Shown here: positions 28,709 through 36,146 of the stretch, one piece after another
How positions within the stretch are numbered: position 1 is the first letter of the stretch
How the letters are laid out: each line of letters starts with the position of its first letter
Assembly (NCBI GenBank): GCA_045047305.1
Contig: JASFYO010000002.1
Location: forward strand, 107,541-171,540
Length of the DNA: 64,000 bases
Direction of reading: 5' to 3'
DNA from: Planctomycetota bacterium
GTDB lineage: Bacteria; Planctomycetota; UBA1135
Made by a program: the position numbers and the translations under genes
Notes under the pieces: model-generated
What the model saw: only the letters and a program-made list of their open reading frames with translations
Database searches by the model: none
Told to the model about the DNA's origin: nothing

Positions 28709-29628
28709 CGCAAACGCCTCCCCCCTGCAGAAACTGGGCTTTGACTACTGTAGCGCGAGGCAAAGAACACCTCACTGCGTGCCTTATGTTCCGCCGGCAA
28801 GCTGCCCCGCCGGCCGCGAGCAGTGATACTCAACGAAGGGAACTGGCCAGCCACGCTCACCCATTCAGAATCTATCAACACCATGTCGGGCATGCGACTT
28901 GGAGCATTTCCGCGCAATAGCATGGTGGTGGGTTCCTTGTTGATTGCATGATCTAACAGGGGCGGATGCTTTCGTGCAGTTCCGGACACATGTTCCACAT
29001 TGAGCTCTATGCTTGCAGGAAAGTGAAATGGCTGCCCAGCATCGACGCGAAACTTGGTCTTTTTCTCGCTGCCATCGTGGGCCACAAACTCCGCCCACAG
29101 CACACCATCCATTAGGACTAATCCGTTCCCGGAACGCAGCACTGCATTCGCAACACGCTTGTCCTGCAAAGGAGCCGATGGATCTTCCACCTTGGCGAAA
29201 CGGACCAAGCGATAAATCTTACTGCCCGGCGCTTCCGGGACCATGCACCACATCACTTCAACCGCAGCTTGAGCGGAAGGGTCGATCTCGGGCAGAGATG
29301 CGCCGTCGGCCAAAAAGCGCAAACGCGGCATGAAGGTTGAGGGTTGTCCTTCGGTAGCTGGTGGAATCTCCCATTCGTCTAAGACCATCCAGCCCCGGGC
29401 GCCCGTATGCATCGCGCGCAAGTCGCCACGGAATCGTTCGACGGTTGCAGCGTAAACCAAATCCCCGCGCCCGCGGCGTTCCCCGGCACTCCAAAGGTTG
29501 AGCACGGAATCCATGATTTGAATGACGAATGCTGACAACACTCCAAACAGGAATAGCGCGAGCATCACCTCTAATAGGGTCATGCCACGTTTGCCGCGGG
29601 CCTTCAAAGAAAGCGTGGCCGCATTCAT
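28705..29628 (-). CDS. Minor (pseudo)pilin, GspJ/PilW-like
   Basis: Class III signal RG/MTLLEVMLALFLF, 307 aa. Confidence 0.85.
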   Translation of the reverse strand: MNAATLSLKARGKRGMTLLEVMLALFLFGVLSAFVIQIMDSVLNLWSAGERRGRGDLVYAATVERFRGDLRAMHTGARGWMVLDEWEIPPATEGQPSTFMPRLRFLADGASLPEIDPSAQAAVEVMWCMVPEAPGSKIYRLVRFAKVEDPSAPLQDKRVANAVLRSGNGLVLMDGVLWAEFVAHDGSEKKTKFRVDAGQPFHFPASIELNVEHVSGTARKHPPLLDHAINKEPTTMLLRGNAPSRMPDMVLIDSEWVSVAGQFPSLSITARGRRGSLPAEHKARSEVFFASRYSSQSPVSAGGRRLR

Positions 29629-32600
29629 TCTGTGATCTCCTGACTGCGCTCAATCCGAGTATTGCCGAGATAATCGACTAGCAGATTGCGCAGGCGCGGC
29701 GCTTGAGTCCAGCCAACGGAGCGGAAGGTTGCAGGGTCAAACGCACCTGGCCCCCAATCGAACATCACCCGCAGGTCGAGGCGATCGCTGTAGAAGCCAA
29801 GCTTTTGATATCCGCCCTGGACAACATCTTTACCGCGCTGAAAAAGGGTTAAACCAGGCGTAGTGCGTGGGTCATCCTCCCAAGAAGCTGGCCCACTGCG
29901 TGCAAGAACACGAATGGAATGCGAGTTGTCCGGTAACTCTGCTTGGTATTGAATCCCGCGCCAGAATGCTTCCGGCTCATTGAATCCCAATTGCAGCCAC
30001 GCACCGACACCACTGTCAGACTCAGGGACATAGTTATCCATCCAGCGATTGGGGAAACTGTAGACCAGGGTGCCTACCTGATGATTCGCCGGTTGAGTTC
30101 CAAAACGCCCGCGCAGAATGCCTTGCCCAACTTGACCTTCCGGACCGCGGCGTTCTCGCGGCATAGCCAATCCACCGCCAACACCACGCATGGGTGTATG
30201 CAGCAATTCCGAATCGATCAGAAGCATGCCGCTACGTCCGAAGCCTAATTGGTTTTGAACTTGTATCGTCTCGGAATAGGAAGTGAGATTGCTATTGAGT
30301 ACCGAGGAGGCGCGACTATCCATAAGGCGCACCGTTGCGCCGGTGCTGTGGGCGCGGACCTCAGTGCCAAGGAATCCCCGACCATTCGATGCAATGGTGA
30401 ATTCGCCGTTGGTGGTATCGAGATCAGAGTAAGCGATGAGTTCGCCGTCGATATCTAGCAAGCCGCTAGCAGGGAGAATGCTTAGCCAGTCACCGGGTTG
30501 AGCATTCGGATCACTCACGCGGAATCCATCCTGATAATAATCGCGAGGATTTACCCGGACCGTGGACATGGTGCCTTGCTGCAGGTCTTCGCGCAGGAAG
30601 AACGCTCCCCGGGCAGTACGCACACCAGTTCGTCCCTGACCACCGACTGCAGTAAAAGATACTTCATCCACATAGCCCTGCAGGTTTGGCGAACCGCCAG
30701 AAGCAGTGCCGCCTACGACCAAGTTACCAAAGTTACGTGGACGTTCATGGTTGGGGAACTTGCTTAGACGACTGAACTCACGGCGATCACCACCTCTTGG
30801 AAGCGTGGCAAACTCCCCTACAGTATGGCCGGTAAACGGAATGCCTGTCGAGGCATCAAAGGCGACATAATTCACCCCCAAACGCACCCGGGCCCCATCC
30901 GGCAACGGGTCGGTTGGCGTATTCACGGGATCGTGTGCCCAACTCACCTCAAACCAAAATGGCAGGCTTTGTTCACCGGCTTGCATCACAGCAACGCGGT
31001 CGAAACGCCCAACGTAGCCATAACCCGAATCCACCAAGCCGTTCGGGAGCTTTTGCGTGTTAAACACAGGCACCATTTCTTCGCCAGCGGTATGCGCATG
31101 ATCATAAGTCCCCATCACACCACGAAAATTCAAGTTGTAGGCATAAGCCTCGTTCGGGAAGCTAGTCGGCTTCTTATGGCTAGCAAGGCGATCGTCACGA
31201 TCTTGAACGGGTTCACCTAGCCAGGTACGTCCAGGATTCGTAGGGTCCTGGGGGAGCCAGCTAGTGTTCATGCCGAGAGGCTCGGCAGCTGGATCGGGCA
31301 AGGAGAAATCCTCTTCCGCCAACGAGGAGTCAATGATTTCAGAAAAGGTGCGCGTTAAATGATCCCAATTGTCACGCACAAAGTGTCCTTGAAAAATATG
31401 GTCGTAGCGAATCCACTCCAATTCCTGAGGCCGGCTTTTGCTCCCAAGTTGTACGTAGGCACTGAACTCATCTGACCCAGGTTGATAAGTCAAATCAGAT
31501 GCGCCGGAAGCATGAACCGAGATTGGAATCACGGTAATGTTCAATCCCTGAACCTGGTTTAGGAAACGCCCATCAGTGAACTGAACGTCTCCGGAGTACT
31601 CCACTAGGTGAGTGATTCCTGTGGTACTAAGACTGGTATTCCGAGCGCCATCCCGTGGTGCATTGACAAGCCCGGGCAAATCTTGAACATTGCGCCGAGC
31701 GATGGTCAGGACATCGCCGGTACGAGCGGAATATTCAATAATCTCGACGCCGCCAATCGGGCTATCGTCCTCGGTATTGGTCGCTGGCACTGGGCCAGAA
31801 ATCAGATAGGCATAACCCCCATCCGACTGAAAAGCACCACTGTAGAAGGTGTCTCCAGGAATCCGATACATAGGTGCAAGCTCTAGAGGGCCCACGTAAG
31901 AGGCATTGATGCCCTTGCCTAAGTTCGGGATCACGAAACCTTGATTGGTTAGCGCGGTGATGTCTTCTCCACCAACGAAAACACTTGCCATCGACCAAGG
32001 TCCAACATCACCGGAAAGGCTTTTACCGCCAGGGGGAATGTTGCCTTGAATCAGGGCAGAGTAGCCGTACAACTCCACCGCACATCCGGCTGGGTGTTTG
32101 GTGTCGATTGCAAAGGCGTCTCCATCTGATTTCTCACGAATGGCACGTCCTCCGAAGTACTGCCCTGGAACTAAATCTGCATTAAATGATGTCTGGGTCT
32201 TCGATGTGTACTCAATAATCTCTGGCCCAATCCGGAGCACCCCGCGGTCAGGGAATCCAACGGTAGATTCCACGCTAATGACATTGCCTGTGGTAGAGGC
32301 ATCGTATTCGTTTAGCGCTGCAGTGAGATAAGTGAAGCCATCAATATCGCCACGCGGAACTCCGTCGATGAGCACCTGGACACCGCGGTGGGAGAAATCG
32401 CGAATCAAAACCGATAGATGGAACCAACGGTCAGCCAAAGGGTATTCCGCGGGATCAATGCGCACGATGATTTCTTCCGGCATACCTTGCAGATCATAAT
32501 CGTCCGGCCCGGCGGTGCCCTGCACCCGCACCACCAACTCCCCCTGCTCCATTGCGGCAGTCACACGGTTACGGTCGTTTTCAAAACCAGCTAGCTCGAA

Positions 32601-34526
32601 CAAAGTACCAGCCTGTAAATCTTCGCTAAAAAACCAAGCTTGAAAGCAAAGAGGTTCTACATCGCTAACATTCGAAACACCAGCTACGGTCCATTCCTCA
32701 AATAGGGGGCTGTATGGGCCCGTTTGAGGAATGTAACGCCCTAGCGGCGATGGGTCGAAATCAAAGTGTTGTACCCGGCCGAGACCATTGAAAGCAAACT
32801 GGTCGGACTCTCGCGCTGGCATCGGGATGACAGCGGAAGTTTCAGGGTCCTTCTCCGGAACCATACGTCCCGTTTCTTCCCATGTGCCGAGTTGAAGTGT
32901 TAAGCCATTCTCGGACGCGTCAAAATCTCCGGTGAGTGATCCCATGGAAACTGGCAGCGTCACCACACCATGCATGCCTCGCCCCCACCGGGTTGCGTCT
33001 TCTAACGTTTCTTGATCGCCAAAAAGAGACAACAGTTCACCAGCAGGGATGGCCGCCACATTTTGTTTGAACGATGCGCGTGCAAGCGTGCGACCTAAAC
33101 GAGAACGTACGGCTGCGTTGATGCGCTGGGTGTAATGATTACCACTGCGGTAACCAAACGAAGTCGTGCTTTGAAGCAGGCTACCGTTGTTGGGATCCAT
33201 ACTGTTTAGGTACAGCGCCCAGGAATCCGCATCGGAAATAGCGCCATCATCAGCTAACGGCTTCAACACGCGGTCCCACAAATCTTGAGGTCCATGCAAC
33301 GGCCGGGCCTGCACCACACGGGCTGCAAAGCGTCGAGCCTCAGCAGGGTTTACCCAATCGCGACTACGTCCAGCGTTCGCTGGGGCAGCGCCATTTGCAG
33401 CCTGACCGGCAAAGGAAATAGGAGGGCTTCCATTAAAGGCAACACCAAGCGCAAGAGCTTCTACGATTTCTGGTCGACACGCATTGATGTCAATCGGCTC
33501 GCGACGCATGGGATAGACGCGAGTGGTGAGTGCATCAAAATCGGTGGGAAGCGGTGCCGCCAAACGCAAGGTTCCACCACCTGCGGCAATCACTAAGCGG
33601 TCAAGCGGATCTCCAAACTCTGGCAAAAAACGAACCACCGTCCCCATGTTGAAGTAGCTGGCTTCATCCACCCGCACTCGATTGGGATGCTCTGGATCGA
33701 TCCGACGTACCGTCCAACTAGCTGGCTCCCAAATATCGGCGCCGTAAGCACCCGAACGCAACACGCATTGGTCCTGCAAGATTTGCAGGTCGGTTGCCGG
33801 TAACAAACTATCCGCTCCGCCGCCTAAATCGAAGGCGAAGGCGTCGGCAAAGAACTCTGGCGGCACGTGCCCCTCCGCTTTAAAGTTCGACAAAACTAAA
33901 GTTTGCACCCGGGGGTCTTGCACCAAATAACCCTCCAAGAAACGTAATTGATCTAAATCTTCCGGCTCTGATCCATCGGGAACCAAGTCGGTAAACGCGG
34001 TTTTCGTTTTACTCAGGTACTGAATCCACGAGGTCCCCACCAAGATAAAGCCTTGCTCTGGGAATCCTGCTGTGGAATTCACCGGAATGGTACCGGCGCG
34101 ATAGCTCACGTCGGTTTTGAGGAAGCAAGGATGCAGTAGGTTTTGCAACAACATCACTGGCGCTGTGGCCAAAGACACTTTGGCCTGCATACTCTCAATC
34201 TCTGCACCCCAAGATTCCGTTGAGCGCTCCCAAGCGGAGCCCAGAGCTTGCGGCATAGGGCCGATAGTGCTGCCATCCCACTCCGCAGCATCGTCCCATA
34301 ACGGAGTTGGGTCAGAGAAAGGATGGGAAAGCGATTGCTGGAATGCTGTAGCGAGGGAGGCAGACTCCACCGCGACGCGGGCGGTCGAGCGGCTAAAAGT
34401 TTCACTCGACGCCTCGGAACGCATGCGACTTGCAAACAGGAACGGGACGCCCATGGAGAACAACAGCGCCAAAGCCATCAGCACCACGATCAAGGCAGCG
34501 CCATCGCGATTCGTTATCTTTCTCAT
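29625..34526 (-). CDS. Giant GspK/PilX-like minor pilin (1633 aa) with LamG-like and repeated beta domains
   Basis: DG/AALIVVL class III signal lacking Glu5, as in GspK/PilX. GspK-like segments IESMQAKVSLATA and PIDINAC..EIVEAL, plus LamG motifs and internal repeats. Confidence 0.75.
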   Translation of the reverse strand: MRKITNRDGAALIVVLMALALLFSMGVPFLFASRMRSEASSETFSRSTARVAVESASLATAFQQSLSHPFSDPTPLWDDAAEWDGSTIGPMPQALGSAWERSTESWGAEIESMQAKVSLATAPVMLLQNLLHPCFLKTDVSYRAGTIPVNSTAGFPEQGFILVGTSWIQYLSKTKTAFTDLVPDGSEPEDLDQLRFLEGYLVQDPRVQTLVLSNFKAEGHVPPEFFADAFAFDLGGGADSLLPATDLQILQDQCVLRSGAYGADIWEPASWTVRRIDPEHPNRVRVDEASYFNMGTVVRFLPEFGDPLDRLVIAAGGGTLRLAAPLPTDFDALTTRVYPMRREPIDINACRPEIVEALALGVAFNGSPPISFAGQAANGAAPANAGRSRDWVNPAEARRFAARVVQARPLHGPQDLWDRVLKPLADDGAISDADSWALYLNSMDPNNGSLLQSTTSFGYRSGNHYTQRINAAVRSRLGRTLARASFKQNVAAIPAGELLSLFGDQETLEDATRWGRGMHGVVTLPVSMGSLTGDFDASENGLTLQLGTWEETGRMVPEKDPETSAVIPMPARESDQFAFNGLGRVQHFDFDPSPLGRYIPQTGPYSPLFEEWTVAGVSNVSDVEPLCFQAWFFSEDLQAGTLFELAGFENDRNRVTAAMEQGELVVRVQGTAGPDDYDLQGMPEEIIVRIDPAEYPLADRWFHLSVLIRDFSHRGVQVLIDGVPRGDIDGFTYLTAALNEYDASTTGNVISVESTVGFPDRGVLRIGPEIIEYTSKTQTSFNADLVPGQYFGGRAIREKSDGDAFAIDTKHPAGCAVELYGYSALIQGNIPPGGKSLSGDVGPWSMASVFVGGEDITALTNQGFVIPNLGKGINASYVGPLELAPMYRIPGDTFYSGAFQSDGGYAYLISGPVPATNTEDDSPIGGVEIIEYSARTGDVLTIARRNVQDLPGLVNAPRDGARNTSLSTTGITHLVEYSGDVQFTDGRFLNQVQGLNITVIPISVHASGASDLTYQPGSDEFSAYVQLGSKSRPQELEWIRYDHIFQGHFVRDNWDHLTRTFSEIIDSSLAEEDFSLPDPAAEPLGMNTSWLPQDPTNPGRTWLGEPVQDRDDRLASHKKPTSFPNEAYAYNLNFRGVMGTYDHAHTAGEEMVPVFNTQKLPNGLVDSGYGYVGRFDRVAVMQAGEQSLPFWFEVSWAHDPVNTPTDPLPDGARVRLGVNYVAFDASTGIPFTGHTVGEFATLPRGGDRREFSRLSKFPNHERPRNFGNLVVGGTASGGSPNLQGYVDEVSFTAVGGQGRTGVRTARGAFFLREDLQQGTMSTVRVNPRDYYQDGFRVSDPNAQPGDWLSILPASGLLDIDGELIAYSDLDTTNGEFTIASNGRGFLGTEVRAHSTGATVRLMDSRASSVLNSNLTSYSETIQVQNQLGFGRSGMLLIDSELLHTPMRGVGGGLAMPRERRGPEGQVGQGILRGRFGTQPANHQVGTLVYSFPNRWMDNYVPESDSGVGAWLQLGFNEPEAFWRGIQYQAELPDNSHSIRVLARSGPASWEDDPRTTPGLTLFQRGKDVVQGGYQKLGFYSDRLDLRVMFDWGPGAFDPATFRSVGWTQAPRLRNLLVDYLGNTRIERSQEITE

Positions 34527-35560
34527 TGCGCAATCTCCTGGGTAAAGCGCCCTATCACAAAGGAGGCGATTTCCTCATCAAACACCTCTAAGCGCACAGG
34601 TACGCCGGCGGAATGGAACTTCGGATCTAATGTGCCGTAGCGGTCGAAATTCACTTTGTCTGAGCCGAAGGTCAACTTGACGTCGATGGGGAGCTCTGGG
34701 CCGGATTCCGCAACACGGGCCCAAACGGTGAACTCATCTAATCGTCCGCGCCAACCTTGACTATCGTGTCCAAATCGAGCTGCTTCACGGGGTGAACCAA
34801 GCACCGGAGGAATGGCTACGCGCTTCACTTCCTTGCCGTCGATAACCAAAGCAGCGCTTCCGTCGGCAGCAACCAGTTTGATGTGCTGCCAACGATTCGG
34901 TTGCAGCGTTCCGACAGGGCTTTCGATGAGTACATCCTGAAACAACTCATCACCACCGTTGCCTGCTCGCAACGAAACCGCAAGGACGCCATTTTTGCGC
35001 ACCCGCATGTCGAGCAATCCCTCCCAACGAAGCAGTTCTCCTCCATTTGAGTCCAGCGCTTCGAGGTCGAAGTCGAGAGAAAATCCGTGTTCAAGCTGAG
35101 GGTTACCGCGGCCAGCAACGGTAATCGATCCGCCCTCACGCAAATCAATCCCCGTACCATAACGGCCAGTGGTTTCTAAACCAGCTGCTCCACTAGCCAC
35201 AACATCTTCTCGGCCGCGGAAGCGCGGTTCAAAAGTGGCCTCCATCGAGCGGCGATAAACGAATCGCCGCAATCGCTTGCTGCCTTGTTCCTTGTCGACG
35301 TCGACCACCATAACCGTGACGGGGTGTCCAGAGGTGCGTGCGCGATCACGGCTGCTTTCCAAAAAGGTTTCGACTGTGGACTGCAAACCCTTGAAGCCAG
35401 GATCCATACGATCGAAACCGGCTACGCCTATCCCCATGATGATGCCCATCAATACCATGACAAAAAGCATTTCAAGCAAAGTGTAGCCTGTGGCTCTACT
35501 TTGCTTGGCACGTAGAAGACTTGTCCTTCTACTGATCGCCGGTGTAGGAAAAGAGATCAT
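34523..35560 (-). CDS. Minor (pseudo)pilin, GspH/FimT-like, with an inserted LamG/ConA-like domain
   Basis: TG/YTLLEMLFVMVLMG, RDRARTSGHPV, NRWQHIKL..LVIDG..WRGRLDEFTVW, VNFDRYG. Start uncertain. Confidence 0.8.
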   Translation of the reverse strand: MISFPTPAISRRTSLLRAKQSRATGYTLLEMLFVMVLMGIIMGIGVAGFDRMDPGFKGLQSTVETFLESSRDRARTSGHPVTVMVVDVDKEQGSKRLRRFVYRRSMEATFEPRFRGREDVVASGAAGLETTGRYGTGIDLREGGSITVAGRGNPQLEHGFSLDFDLEALDSNGGELLRWEGLLDMRVRKNGVLAVSLRAGNGGDELFQDVLIESPVGTLQPNRWQHIKLVAADGSAALVIDGKEVKRVAIPPVLGSPREAARFGHDSQGWRGRLDEFTVWARVAESGPELPIDVKLTFGSDKVNFDRYGTLDPKFHSAGVPVRLEVFDEEIASFVIGRFTQEIAQ

Positions 35561-36146
35561 CTTCGGTCTCAAACAGACCATCTGCGCCTGCGGAGACTAG
35601 TTGGAAGCCACTTGGTTCATAGAAACTTCCGGTGCGCTCGCTGCGACCCGGTGAGACATTTTGCTCTTCATAGTATTCATCTTCGCCAGCCTGCACCGTG
35701 GCGCCAGTTTTGTTGCTGTAGTGCAAGCTCTCAAAGTAAACAATAGGATTGCCCCACTCATCGCCGATTTCAAAGAGTTCACGCGATTGCAGAATGGTTA
35801 AGTTACGCGTAGTTTCATCGCCGTCAGTGTTAACCAGCCAATCCTGTGCAGGCCGTTCACCGGAATATTCCGGGTCAAACAGAGCGAGGAACAAAGCCTC
35901 ACTATGCGAGTTAAAGCGGTTGCTTGTAGTCCCTTTTGGCAGGCGATCATCGGGGTACTCGCCTTCCATGGTGCGGTAGCTTTGCAACATGATGGCCAAA
36001 GACTGCATCCGAGCTTTTGCTGCCCGCTCTTTGCTTTTACTAAACATGCTCCCTCCGACTCCTGCGAAAGCAGCCGCCAAAATACCGATGATGACCATGA
36101 CGATCATCAACTCCATGAGAGTAAATCCTTGTTGTTTGGTTTTCAT
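35529..36146 (-). CDS. Major pseudopilin, GspG-like
   Basis: QG/FTLMELMIVMVIIGILAA, GEYP, DEWGNPIVY, FQLVSAGADGLFETEDD. Confidence 0.85.
   Translation of the reverse strand: MKTKQQGFTLMELMIVMVIIGILAAAFAGVGGSMFSKSKERAAKARMQSLAIMLQSYRTMEGEYPDDRLPKGTTSNRFNSHSEALFLALFDPEYSGERPAQDWLVNTDGDETTRNLTILQSRELFEIGDEWGNPIVYFESLHYSNKTGATVQAGEDEYYEEQNVSPGRSERTGSFYEPSGFQLVSAGADGLFETEDDLFSYTGDQ

Noticed and set aside
29625..34526. Prophage or contractile injection system suggested by the phage-like repeats
   Set aside because: No sheath, tube, capsid, terminase or baseplate genes are recognisable. The repeats sit inside pilin-signal proteins.
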